A stretch of DNA of 64,000 bases from an uncultured Clostridia bacterium (GTDB taxonomy: Bacteria > Bacillota > Clostridia > Christensenellales > UBA1242). Under the pieces are notes generated by a model. The model made no database searches and was not told where the DNA came from. It saw only the letters and a program-made list of their open reading frames with translations. How positions within the stretch are numbered: position 1 is the first letter of the stretch; every line of letters starts with the position of its first letter. Position numbers and translations under genes: made by a program. Of this stretch, positions 41,914 to 51,122 are shown one piece after another. Where the stretch lies: NCBI GenBank assembly GCA_937891595.1, contig CALATF010000052.1, positions 17,921 through 81,920 on the forward strand, read 5' to 3'.

Positions 41914-42744
41914 ATGAGTGTAGGAATTAATACAAACATTGAATATGGTCTTGATACACAACAACTTTATCAAGCTATGCTTGATGCTGGCTTTAATAAT
42001 ATAATGATTGCTTTTAAAGAAACAGATATAGAACAATCTATTACCATTGCCAAAGAAATGGGATTAAATATTCCTTATGTTCATTTGTCATGCAGAGAAG
42101 CAAACTCTTTTTGGGTAGAAAGCCCTTTAAATGTAAAATATATTAATAAACTTAAAAATGAAATTGATATTTGCAGTAAATACAAAATTCCTATAGCAAT
42201 AATTCATCCTAATGCGGGCAATCCTAATTCAAAAGCTGTAGGAGTAAATGAAAAAGGTTTAAAATCTATATTAGAAATTGTTAACTATGCAAATAGTAAG
42301 AATGTTAAATTAGCCTTAGAAAATGTAGATGAAGATAGTTTAGAATACTTAAATTATATTTTTGATAATATAAAAAAAGAAGAATTAGGCTTTTGTTATG
42401 ATGCGGGGCATCACAACTTATATTACCCAAACATTGATATTTTAGGTAAATATTCAGATAGGGTAATAGCCATTCATTTGCACGATAATTATATGAACTA
42501 TCAAAAATTTGATGACTATACAAAAGATGTTCATTTACTTCCTTTTGATGGCAAATTAAATTATGAAGAAATTTGCAGTAAAATAGCTTCCTCAAGTTAT
42601 AATAATGTTATTATGCTTGAAGTAAATAGAAAAAACTGGGGTAACCCAGAAAAATATCTTTCATTTACATTAGAAGAATTTATTAAAGAAGCAAAATTAA
42701 GGGCAGATAAAGTTGAAAAAATGATAACAAAAAAGCAATCTTAG
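41914..42744 (+). CDS. Xylose-isomerase-like TIM-barrel protein (sugar phosphate isomerase/epimerase or AP-endonuclease-2 fold)
   Basis: Metal-ligand-like segments AIIHPN, ALENV, DAGHHNL, AIHLHDN and MLEV. ATG at 41914 with a GGGG SD is preferred over the ORF-track TTG at 41851. Confidence 0.65.
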   Translation: MSVGINTNIEYGLDTQQLYQAMLDAGFNNIMIAFKETDIEQSITIAKEMGLNIPYVHLSCREANSFWVESPLNVKYINKLKNEIDICSKYKIPIAIIHPNAGNPNSKAVGVNEKGLKSILEIVNYANSKNVKLALENVDEDSLEYLNYIFDNIKKEELGFCYDAGHHNLYYPNIDILGKYSDRVIAIHLHDNYMNYQKFDDYTKDVHLLPFDGKLNYEEICSKIASSSYNNVIMLEVNRKNWGNPEKYLSFTLEEFIKEAKLRADKVEKMITKKQS

Positions 42745-42765
42745 TATAGATTGCTTTTTATTTTT
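42731..42765. terminator. Hairpin terminator spanning the stop codon of the TIM-barrel gene
   Basis: AAAAGCAATC (42731-42740) pairs with GATTGCTTTT (42749-42758). Confidence 0.7.
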
Positions 42766-43786
42766 ATTCAGGGTTTGTTGCATAATCTTGCCCGTTATTT
42801 TCAACTAAAACTTGTAAACTAATAAGTTGTTCATAAATTTCAGGTGTTAAGTATGGGCTTTCAAAAGCTTCACTCATTTTTTCTTTGTATGTTGATTTAA
42901 AAACATCTCTATCTTCTTCTCTTGCAGCAAACAAAGCTTCTTTAACATTATCAAAGCCAGCCATATCTTCTTCAGTTGATATATTAGTGCTAGAAGCAAT
43001 AACTGCTAAATTTTCAGGATTGTCATAATTTATTTCTGTAAAAACTTTTATAGGCTGAACAGGAGTTGGCCCTCTTCTAAATACTTGCAAAACATCATAA
43101 CACCCTTTTTTTTCTATGCATTCGAGAGTTCCCGGCATGCCTTTATAAATGTTATCGTGGTCGGACACTGTTACATATCTGCAGTAACCAGTATGTTCAA
43201 TTTCACCCAGACATCTTGAAGCCATAGATAATCTACTATTAGCTTGGTCAACACCTAGTGCAGATACAACAATAGAATAGCCGTTTTCTCTAAGCATAGG
43301 AATACCGTCATTTGCTATGCGGTCATTTTTAAATGTTTGATGGAAAATTAAGTTGTAGCCTTGTTCAGCAATATATTTTAACAATTTACCCGTTAGTGGG
43401 TTTGTTAGCTGATTAGTTACTTGAATATATTCCTTAGGGTATTCAACTGAAAGTTGTTCTCCATTTGGGTAATATTGTCTAAGAGGGTCGTCTTCTAAGA
43501 TAATAACATTACCATCAGGAAACATCCCTTTTGTGTAAGAAATAACACCGCTTTTTCCTGCACCAGATTGCCCACCTACAAGTACACATACTGGGTTTTT
43601 AACAGGTGTTTTACCATAAGTAAGAATTTCTTGAGCACGCAAGAAAGCTATCTCTTTAGCTTTATCTGAAATAGGATATTTATCTAAAATTTCTTGGTCT
43701 ACAGATGGAGCTTTTTGAGACAGTAAAACGGCTAATTTTTTAGTTTCTTCTGAAACAGGATATTTATCAAAAAAATTATCTACCAT
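42764..43786 (-). CDS. Zeta-toxin-family kinase (P-loop)
   Basis: Walker A GGQSGAGKSG, followed by ILEDDPLRQYYP (zeta D-x-D-x-x-R segment). It is 340 aa and is preceded by a small overlapping ORF. Confidence 0.75.
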   Translation of the reverse strand: MVDNFFDKYPVSEETKKLAVLLSQKAPSVDQEILDKYPISDKAKEIAFLRAQEILTYGKTPVKNPVCVLVGGQSGAGKSGVISYTKGMFPDGNVIILEDDPLRQYYPNGEQLSVEYPKEYIQVTNQLTNPLTGKLLKYIAEQGYNLIFHQTFKNDRIANDGIPMLRENGYSIVVSALGVDQANSRLSMASRCLGEIEHTGYCRYVTVSDHDNIYKGMPGTLECIEKKGCYDVLQVFRRGPTPVQPIKVFTEINYDNPENLAVIASSTNISTEEDMAGFDNVKEALFAAREEDRDVFKSTYKEKMSEAFESPYLTPEIYEQLISLQVLVENNGQDYATNPE

Positions 43787-43982
43787 ACTTCACCTTATTT
43801 GTTTTTGAAACCCTTAGCACATGGTTAATAGCTTCTAAATCATAATTTTCAATTCTTTCTTTTAATTTAATTAATTGAACAAGTTCTTTATCTTTTGTGG
43901 TTAACTTAAGAACAGTAACAGCTTTAGCAATTTTACTAGAAATAATATCTTTTGCTACTTCAAGTTTAATATTGTCTTCCAT
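43776..43982 (-). CDS. Putative antitoxin (epsilon-like position) of the zeta-family toxin
   Basis: 68-aa helical protein that overlaps the toxin gene by 11 nt, with SD AAGGAGTGG upstream. No sequence family recognised. Confidence 0.55.
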   Translation of the reverse strand: MEDNIKLEVAKDIISSKIAKAVTVLKLTTKDKELVQLIKLKERIENYDLEAINHVLRVSKTNKVKYGR

Positions 43983-44091
43983 AAACCACTCCTTTTAAGT
44001 TAGTTACATAAAAAAAGGAAATTTAGCTAATAAATAGCTTAGATTTCCAAACAAAATTAAAAAAAATCAGGTACGTTTTTCATATATTTAC

Positions 44092-44120
44092 ATAATAATA
44101 CATAATATTTGGTTTGTCAA
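44092..44120 (-). promoter_or_regulatory. Putative promoter of the antitoxin-toxin operon (TTGACA-17-TATTAT)
   Basis: TTGACA is the reverse complement of 44115-44120 and TATTAT of 44092-44097. An imperfect inverted repeat at 44017-44048 lies in the leader. Confidence 0.45.
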
Positions 44121-44314
44121 TTTAAAATATTTTTTAAATAGCATATTTAAAATTATATTGTGCAAAAAACATATAAATATAAAGTATTTATTTGTTTTAA
44201 TTTTACATTTTTATTTATGGTGGTATAATTATGATGTTATAAAAATTTTGTCGATATTTGTAAATAAAAAATAAATATTATTTGTTTATTATTAACTTTA
44301 ACTAGGAGACTTAC

Positions 44315-45073
44315 ATGAAAAACACAGACGATAAAAAAATTGTAAAAAAACGCAAATGGTGGTTTAGAGCTTTAAAAAATATAATGAAAATTAGGTATAA
44401 AAAACCTCAATTTATTTATCTTGGCGATGAGTTTAAAAATGGTTGTATAATATTAAGTAACCATGAAGGAACAGATGCTCCTATGTCACTTGAAATTTGG
44501 AACGATAGCCCTATAAGAATGTGGGGTGCGCATGAAATGAACTCTGGGCTTATAAAAATGTATAAATATCAAACTCGCGTTTATTATCATGAAAAGAAAG
44601 GTTGGAATTTGCATTTAGCAAGATTGTTTTGTTTAATAGCAACGCCACTTACAAACATGTTTTACAAAGGTTTAAATTTAATTTCAACATATAGGGATAA
44701 CAGATTAATTAAAACCATAAAAGAAAGTATTCAATCTTTAAAAAATGGTGAAAATATTGTTATTTATCCAGAGCAATCTGATGACGGATATCTATCTGAA
44801 TTAAAAGGTTTCCACGCTGGATTTGTTGTTCTTGCAGAAACTTGTTTAAGGCGTGGTTTAGATATTCCTATTTACATAACTTATTTTAAGAAAAAAGAAT
44901 GTCAATATATAATAGATAAGCCTGTAATGTATTCACAAATAGCAAAAGAATATAAAACTAAAGAAGAAATTACAAAAGCTTTATGTCAAAGATGTAATGA
45001 ACTTGGAAAAATGCAGTTTGAAAAAGTTGTTGACAAAGCAACTGAACAAGAAGAAAGAGAAGTTACAGCCTAG
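44315..45073 (+). CDS. PlsC-family acyltransferase
   Basis: HX4D motif NHEGTD and a later IYPEQSDDG block. Confidence 0.7.
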   Translation: MKNTDDKKIVKKRKWWFRALKNIMKIRYKKPQFIYLGDEFKNGCIILSNHEGTDAPMSLEIWNDSPIRMWGAHEMNSGLIKMYKYQTRVYYHEKKGWNLHLARLFCLIATPLTNMFYKGLNLISTYRDNRLIKTIKESIQSLKNGENIVIYPEQSDDGYLSELKGFHAGFVVLAETCLRRGLDIPIYITYFKKKECQYIIDKPVMYSQIAKEYKTKEEITKALCQRCNELGKMQFEKVVDKATEQEEREVTA

Positions 45074-45087
45074 TTGTTTTTTAAATT

Positions 45088-45118
45088 AAAAGCAAGCAGC
45101 GATGTGCTTGCTTTTTTG
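45088..45118 (+). terminator. Terminator after the acyltransferase gene
   Basis: AGCAAGCA (45091-45098) pairs with TGCTTGCT (45105-45112), followed by TTTTT. Confidence 0.75.
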
Positions 45119-45222
45119 TATTTTGTAGTATATAAAGTTTTGGTCTATAAATAATAAAACCGCCTTTTGTTAGCGGTTTTATTTAAAAAATTTTAATAAA
45201 TTTAAATTTTTATTTATAATTT

Positions 45223-46311
45223 TTATTTTGTATGGTAACAACCAACAACTTTTAAGTTGTCACAATATGTTTCTAATTCTTTGAACATTTTGTTACCTTT
45301 TTCGCAATTAACGTTGCCTTCAATTTCAATGTAAAAATAATAATTCCAAATTAATTCTTTCATAGGACGGCTTCGTAAACTTATCATATTATACTCATAA
45401 CTACCTATTATGTTTAAAGTTTTTGCCAGTGCTCCAGCTTCATTTTTTACAGTAAACATTATTATTGAATGCTCGCTATCTTTTTTGTTAGGGCGGGCAT
45501 TATTTTTACATCTAGTAAAAGCTCCAAACCTTGTAGTGTTATTATTACTTGTATTAATTTTTGTATCTAAAATTTCAAGATTATAAAGTTTTGCGTTTTC
45601 ACTTGAAGCAATAGCTCCTAAATGAATATCATTACCTTCAGCAACTAATTTAGCAGCAATAGCTGTATTTTGTGCTTCTAATGTTTTTAAATTATTATTA
45701 GATAGGTAATCATAACATTGAGACAATGCTTGTGGGTGGCTAATAACTTTTTCAATATCAGTTTTTTTACTACCTTTCTTGCCTAATAAGTTGTGAACAA
45801 CTTCAAGGTCGTATACTTGGTTAACAAAAAGAGAGCCCGAAAACATTAAATCCATAACGTGTCCAACGTCCCCGGCATAGCTGTTTTCAAGTGGTAAAAC
45901 ACATATATCGCAGTCCCCATTTTCAACAGCTTTATATGCTTTTGCAAAATCACCATAAGAATAATAATTAGCTTGAGGAAACATCTTCTTTGAAGCTATG
46001 TGAGCAAAAGCTCCCTCAACACCGCTATAAGCTATCTTTAAACCTTTTGTTAAACGACTTTGATAATTTTTTGATAATTCCATAGTTTTTTTTAAAAAAT
46101 TTATATAATACTCGCGAATGGTGTCGTCTAATATATTTTTGCTGTTTATTTCTATAACTTCTTTTTCTCTATTTGAATTAGTAATAGGCAAAGCATGTTT
46201 AATTTTGTATTTTGCAATATCTTTACAAACAAGCATTCTTTGTTCAAATAATTTAGCTATTTGTTTATCTATATCGTTAATTTTATTACGTGAGTTTTCT
46301 AATAAATCCAT
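45223..46311 (-). CDS. pheA: Bifunctional chorismate mutase / prephenate dehydratase
   Basis: N-terminal chorismate-mutase helices, a PDT domain (IAYSGVEGAFAH, TRF motif NNTTRFG) and an ACT region (SLRSRP). Confidence 0.88.
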   Translation of the reverse strand: MDLLENSRNKINDIDKQIAKLFEQRMLVCKDIAKYKIKHALPITNSNREKEVIEINSKNILDDTIREYYINFLKKTMELSKNYQSRLTKGLKIAYSGVEGAFAHIASKKMFPQANYYSYGDFAKAYKAVENGDCDICVLPLENSYAGDVGHVMDLMFSGSLFVNQVYDLEVVHNLLGKKGSKKTDIEKVISHPQALSQCYDYLSNNNLKTLEAQNTAIAAKLVAEGNDIHLGAIASSENAKLYNLEILDTKINTSNNNTTRFGAFTRCKNNARPNKKDSEHSIIMFTVKNEAGALAKTLNIIGSYEYNMISLRSRPMKELIWNYYFYIEIEGNVNCEKGNKMFKELETYCDNLKVVGCYHTK

Positions 46312-47510
46312 TATATTTCACCTTTGTTTTTGTAATATTCAATAAGTTTTTTAAATGCAGGTAACGAGTTCTTAATTTGACTTGTGCTTACGCAATACGA
46401 AATTCGTACATACCCACTTGTGCCAAAAGAATCGCTAGGCACTAATAATAATTCAAAATTTTTAGCAACTTCAGAAAATTTATTTGCATCTTGTTCTAAA
46501 GCTTTAACAAAAAGATAAAAAGCCCCATCAGGTTTAACAACTTTGTAACCATATTCACTAAGGGTAGAGTATAGTAAATCTCTGTTTTGTTTGTAAATAG
46601 TTAAGTCTGATGTTTTGCCCAAACAATATGGTATAACATGCTGAAACAAACTAGGAGCGCAAACATATCCTAAAGACCTAGCGGAACCGCATATTGCTAA
46701 AAAAACATTTTTACATTGAATGCAATTAGGATTAACTAAAATATACCCTATGCGTTCGCCCGGCAAAGAAATAGATTTACTAAAAGAATAACAAACAATG
46801 GAATTATCATAATAGTTTGTGATAAAAGGATACTCTATGTTTGAATATATAAGTTCACGATAAGGCTCATCGGAAATTAAAAAAATTTCTTTGTTTAATT
46901 CATTTTGCTTTTTATTTAGTATGCTTGATAGTTTTTCAATTTCGTTTTTATCTAAAACAACTCCAGTAGGGTTGTTAGGTGAGTTAATTATAACCGCTTT
47001 AGTTTTGTTAGATATTACTTTTTCAAGTTCTTGTAAATTTGGTAAAAAAGTTTCTTCTAAAGATTGAACAACAACAACTTTTCCACCAGCCTTTTCAATA
47101 AAAACTTTGTATTCAGGGAAGAATGGCGCAAAAACGATAACTTCATCACCTTCGTTTAAAAGTGCATGCAAAGTACTAGTTAAACTAGCGGCAGCACCAA
47201 CCGTTAAATAAATTAAATTACTATCAGTATTTGCATTGTAAGTTTTATTTAAAAAGTTTGAAATGGCATCCCTAGTATTTTTATCGCCTACTGCTGAAGT
47301 GTAGCCATGTAAAAAAGAAGGGTCTTTAGTTTGCAATAAATTAATTAATGCATTAGTTACACATTCTGGAGTAGGCACATTAGGATTGCCTATGCTAAAA
47401 TCAAAAACATTTTCTTCGCCTATTTGTTGTTTACGTTTTCTACCATATTCAAATAAATCTCTTATAGTAGAAGGATTACTACCAAGTTCTAAAGCTTTTT
47501 TATTAATCAT
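46311..47510 (-). CDS. Class I/II pyridoxal-phosphate aminotransferase
   Basis: SPNNPTG and the PLP-lysine block SFSKSISLPGERIGY. It overlaps pheA by 1 nt. Confidence 0.88.
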   Translation of the reverse strand: MINKKALELGSNPSTIRDLFEYGRKRKQQIGEENVFDFSIGNPNVPTPECVTNALINLLQTKDPSFLHGYTSAVGDKNTRDAISNFLNKTYNANTDSNLIYLTVGAAASLTSTLHALLNEGDEVIVFAPFFPEYKVFIEKAGGKVVVVQSLEETFLPNLQELEKVISNKTKAVIINSPNNPTGVVLDKNEIEKLSSILNKKQNELNKEIFLISDEPYRELIYSNIEYPFITNYYDNSIVCYSFSKSISLPGERIGYILVNPNCIQCKNVFLAICGSARSLGYVCAPSLFQHVIPYCLGKTSDLTIYKQNRDLLYSTLSEYGYKVVKPDGAFYLFVKALEQDANKFSEVAKNFELLLVPSDSFGTSGYVRISYCVSTSQIKNSLPAFKKLIEYYKNKGEI

Positions 47511-47789
47511 TTTTTTAACACCTATTATAAGTAAATTTTATAAATTGATGTTAGACATTATAACACAAACTTTTAAAAATAAAAATTATTTAATATATAA
47601 ATTGTTATAACTAGATTAAAGAAAATAAAATATTTATTCAGTTTTATTATTAATCTTCTAAACCTAATAAAAAGCCAGAGGTACATTAAAATATTGTAAA
47701 AATTTTAGAAATTTATATTAAGGATATTTTTAACAATTAAATTTTAAAAAAAAGAGATTAATAAAATTAATCTCTTTAAATATATAGTA

Positions 47790-48164
47790 TTAAGCTTTCC
47801 AAAGACTATGTAAGTTGCAGTATGCATAAACATTTTCAATTTTTTCGTTAGTATTTAATATAAAACATGTTTCAGGTTTTTCAAGAGGTTGTAAATATTT
47901 AATTTGAAAACCTTTGTTTGTTTGAAGTAAAACCCATTCTATGTAATGTTCAGCCGTCATAGGGTGTTCAACCGAACCTACTTTTATATTAACTAAATTG
48001 TTTTGTGTTTCTACAACAGGAACGTGTTTTTCAACGGATGCGTCTGTTGAACTTGCTGCAATTTCGTGCATGTTTTCACCGCAACAAACTACAGGAACAC
48101 CGCTATCTTTTAATTTTGTTATAATATTTCCGCAGTGTTTACAAATAAAAAATTTTAGTTCCAT
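47790..48164 (-). CDS. Desulfoferrodoxin-type superoxide reductase
   Basis: N-terminal CKHCGN..CCGENM, and centre II ligands EKHVPV, HPMTAEHYIEW and CNLHSLW. ATG at 48164 with SD AAGGAGA. Confidence 0.88.
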   Translation of the reverse strand: MELKFFICKHCGNIITKLKDSGVPVVCCGENMHEIAASSTDASVEKHVPVVETQNNLVNIKVGSVEHPMTAEHYIEWVLLQTNKGFQIKYLQPLEKPETCFILNTNEKIENVYAYCNLHSLWKA

Positions 48165-48238
48165 ATATTTTCTCCTTAATGTAATATACAAAAATTATAT
48201 CAAAAATGTTAGATAAAACAAAATATCTAAGCAAAGTT

Positions 48239-48712
48239 TTAAATCTTTTTATAATTAAATATAATAGGCGAACAACTTGCGACCCCTAAAAATGGGGTGC
48301 TTTCACTAGGAACAATTCCAAACGATTTACAAATAAAAGCACCTAAATTAACTCCGCTGGTTACGCAAATAATAGTGTCTTCGTCGTTATATTTTTCAAT
48401 AATATCGTCAATACAATTAATAATTCTTGTTTGTGCCTGCGTCCAAGTTTCATTTTTAAAACTTTTAAATTCGTTAAGTCTATTATCTTTTATGATGGGA
48501 ACATTATGAAATTGATTAATTATTTCAGCTGTTTTTGTACATCTAAAAAAGCTTGAAGTAAAAATAGCCTTTAAACTATTTTTTATGCTTTCGTGTTTAA
48601 ATAGTTCACTTACAAGTTGGCAATCTTTATAACCAAGCTCTGTTAAATCGTCTTTTTGTGAAGGGGGATTTTCTATTTTTCTATTACCATGATGAACATA
48701 AATTATTTTCAT
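48239..48712 (-). CDS. Histidine-phosphatase-like protein (divergent)
   Basis: 157 aa. The N-terminal IYVHHGNR sits where RHG is expected; overall resemblance is weak. Confidence 0.45.
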   Translation of the reverse strand: MKIIYVHHGNRKIENPPSQKDDLTELGYKDCQLVSELFKHESIKNSLKAIFTSSFFRCTKTAEIINQFHNVPIIKDNRLNEFKSFKNETWTQAQTRIINCIDDIIEKYNDEDTIICVTSGVNLGAFICKSFGIVPSESTPFLGVASCSPIIFNYKKI

Positions 48713-48905
48713 TTTTTATCCTTTTATTTTTTAAAATCAACCATTTTTATTTTTTAAAAAGTCTGTGCATTTAATAAAAAAATCAACTTGATTTTGGTTG
48801 TTGTTTATTTCGTTACTACTTATTACATCTATAATAACTATAATTGTACACAATAAAAAATATCCATATTATTTAATGTCGCGTTTTTTTAATTATTTTT
48901 TTATT

Positions 48906-50048
48906 TTAACTTGGTAAAAATTCAGATTGTTCTTCTATTTGAGTTTTGTTAGAAACAGTTTGTTTTATGCCGTTTTCTAAAACATTTTCTACTTCTTCAG
49001 AAGTTTCACTTTTATCGAAAGTTGCAGTAGAATTAGTTTCCTCGTTAAATCCAAAACCATCTTCAAAATTATCACATTCTGTTTTATCTTCTTGAGCAAA
49101 AACTTCTTTTAATTTATCAGTTTCTAAAAATATTGAATTTTCCTTTATAACGGCAGGCATTAAAGAACCATTTGTTCTAATAGGTGCGGGCATTAAATCT
49201 TTAAAGTGTGGGTAAATTTTTCCGTTAATTGCTTTTACACCAAAAATATTTTCAACTTCACTTAATTTATTTGGATGAATTTGGTTGTTATAAACATTAG
49301 GGTAATTATAAGAATAATTAGCTTGTAAAATGCCCCCTTTGTTCATAAAAGGCATTAAAGATTTAACATCTTGTCTAAATGCATTATGGTCAGAATAATA
49401 ATCTAAAACATTTGATAGCAGTGCTACATCAAAAGTTTTGTCTTTTGGTAAAGCTGAAGAAAGGTTTTGTAAGCTTGCTTGAATAAAAGTTACTTTAGGG
49501 TTAGATTGTAATATCTCCCTTAATTGCATGTATTCTTCTTTGTTTTGTAAAAATGAGGGATATCTTACGCTAAACCTATCAAAAAGCCCTTCAATAATTT
49601 CTCGATGTGAAAAATCTTTACTAACTTCAGTCCAAAAGGCAACGCTCTCCTCTGGCATAATAGGAGCCAATTTTGAAACAATTTTACTAAAATTTTTTAA
49701 TGCGTTAATAGGACGAAAAGTAAAAAGATTTTTAGTTTCTTTCATAGATAATGTTTGTATTGCGGCAGATTTTAGCTGAAAGAAATGATAAACAAAAGGG
49801 TTTATATCAAATAATGTTACATCACTTGCCCCGTTTAAAAGAGAGTATAAAGTTTGGTCACAACTACTACCAACAGTTATTACGCTTTTGCCTTGTAGTT
49901 CTAAATATTTATAAAAGTCTCCTTCATTAGAATGCAAGTAAGGTCTTTCAAATTTTTTTATTAAACCAACGTCGTGATATCTATTTATACTTTCAATTAT
50001 TTCTCTTGCACGAGAAATTTGATTATCTAATTTTGTTTTTTCTTCCAT
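48906..50048 (-). CDS. DUF3419/BtaA-like SAM-dependent transferase-fold protein
   Basis: VITVGSSCDQTLYSLLNGASDVTLFDINPFVYHFFQLKSAA resembles the DUF3419 N-terminal SAM-binding pattern. This is from memory and unverified. Confidence 0.5.
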   Translation of the reverse strand: MEEKTKLDNQISRAREIIESINRYHDVGLIKKFERPYLHSNEGDFYKYLELQGKSVITVGSSCDQTLYSLLNGASDVTLFDINPFVYHFFQLKSAAIQTLSMKETKNLFTFRPINALKNFSKIVSKLAPIMPEESVAFWTEVSKDFSHREIIEGLFDRFSVRYPSFLQNKEEYMQLREILQSNPKVTFIQASLQNLSSALPKDKTFDVALLSNVLDYYSDHNAFRQDVKSLMPFMNKGGILQANYSYNYPNVYNNQIHPNKLSEVENIFGVKAINGKIYPHFKDLMPAPIRTNGSLMPAVIKENSIFLETDKLKEVFAQEDKTECDNFEDGFGFNEETNSTATFDKSETSEEVENVLENGIKQTVSNKTQIEEQSEFLPS

Positions 50049-50085
50049 AATTTTATTTTATCATGTTTTTAAATAGGTTACAACA

Positions 50086-50412
50086 TCATCTTTTTATATG
50101 CTTTTTTCTATATTTACGAACAAGTTCAATTATACATATAACAATAGCATATCCTACAACGTAAATAGGAGCAATAACCCATGCTGTTAAAGGTGTTCCT
50201 GAAAGCATAGGCTCAACTATGTGAAAGGAATGGCTAAAACCAAAAACAGACATTTAAAAAGCTCCAACAGTCAAATAGCAAGTAAAACCAAATAATGAGC
50301 AATACCATTTTTTATAAGTAATATTAATTTGCTTAAATAATAAAAGAGCAACCACCATTGTTAAAGCTAATGGTGAAATATTATATACATTTGAAGAACC
50401 TGATTTTGAAAC
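50086..50412 (-). pseudogene. Remnant of a membrane-protein gene (N-terminus missing, in-frame TAA)
   Basis: My translation is ..SPLALTMVVALLLFKQINITYKKWYCSLFGFTCYLTVGAF*MSVFGFSHSFHIVEPMLSGTPLTAWVIAPIYVVGYAIVICIIELVRKYRKKHIKR. The TAA at 50254-50256 is in frame and there is no upstream start context. Confidence 0.6.
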
Positions 50413-50486
50413 TTATTTTATTCAACCTTTAAGAAAAAATAAATTTGTAGAATAGAATTATAATAAAAACCGTGCATTAACACGGT

Positions 50487-50553
50487 TTTTATTATTGTTT
50501 TATTATAAAAAATCCATCCATACCTTAATAGTATGGATGGACAATTTAATGGC
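50487..50553. repeat. Diverged copy of the tRNA-Ser 3' end (CCGCCA) plus its downstream hairpin
   Basis: About 75% identical to 53512-53583. It contains a perfect 11-bp hairpin: TCCATCCATAC (50511-50521) with GTATGGATGGA (50529-50539). Confidence 0.6.
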
Positions 50554-50587
50554 GGGGCGTGTGTAACCTAAAACGAATATTTTAAAA

Positions 50588-50992
50588 TTGCCAAATTCCT
50601 TACTCGCTTACGGTCTTTGTGCCAGAGTTGAAGGTAATATAGGTAGCTTTGTTTTTCTTTCGTTGTTTGCACTTGTTTTTCAAGCCGTTTCAGATTATCA
50701 AATGCACTTATTTAGAAAAAACAAAGATGGTCAAACTTTTATAAAAAATGGACTTTGGAAATACTCAAGACATCCAAATGATTTAGGTGAAATATTAATG
50801 TGGTGGGGAGTAGGCTTATCCGCTTTGTGTACTTTGTGTAACTGGTATTTAGTGTTAGGAGCAACCTTAAATCATCTTTTGTTTTTGTTTGTAAGCATAC
50901 CTCTTGCGGATGGTAAACAATCAAAAAAAGAAGGGTATGCAGAGTATGAAAAAGCAACAAGAAAATTGTTGCCTATAAAAAGGTTTAAATAA
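50588..50992 (+). pseudogene. C-terminal fragment of a DUF1295 / ICMT-like membrane methyltransferase-reductase family gene
   Basis: It carries the family motif GLWKYSRHPNDLGEILMWWG but only ~36 aa precede that region, versus ~150 expected. The ORF-finder start is a TTG with no SD. Confidence 0.5.
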
Positions 50993-51122
50993 GTATAAAC
51001 TCATTATTTATAACTAAGTGAAATTTTTAGACAAAGCAATTTTAAAAATTAATTTAAATTTTGGTTTATTTCATTATCTTTTTTTAATTTTTATATGTAT
51101 AATTACTGAAAAGGATGGCGAA

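Noticed and set aside
47511-47789. T-box or other leader upstream of the aminotransferase-pheA operon
   Set aside because: There is no T-box core (AGAGA.. / GGUGGUACCGCG-like) and no convincing antiterminator. The only clear structure is the terminator of the convergent superoxide reductase gene (~47750-47780).
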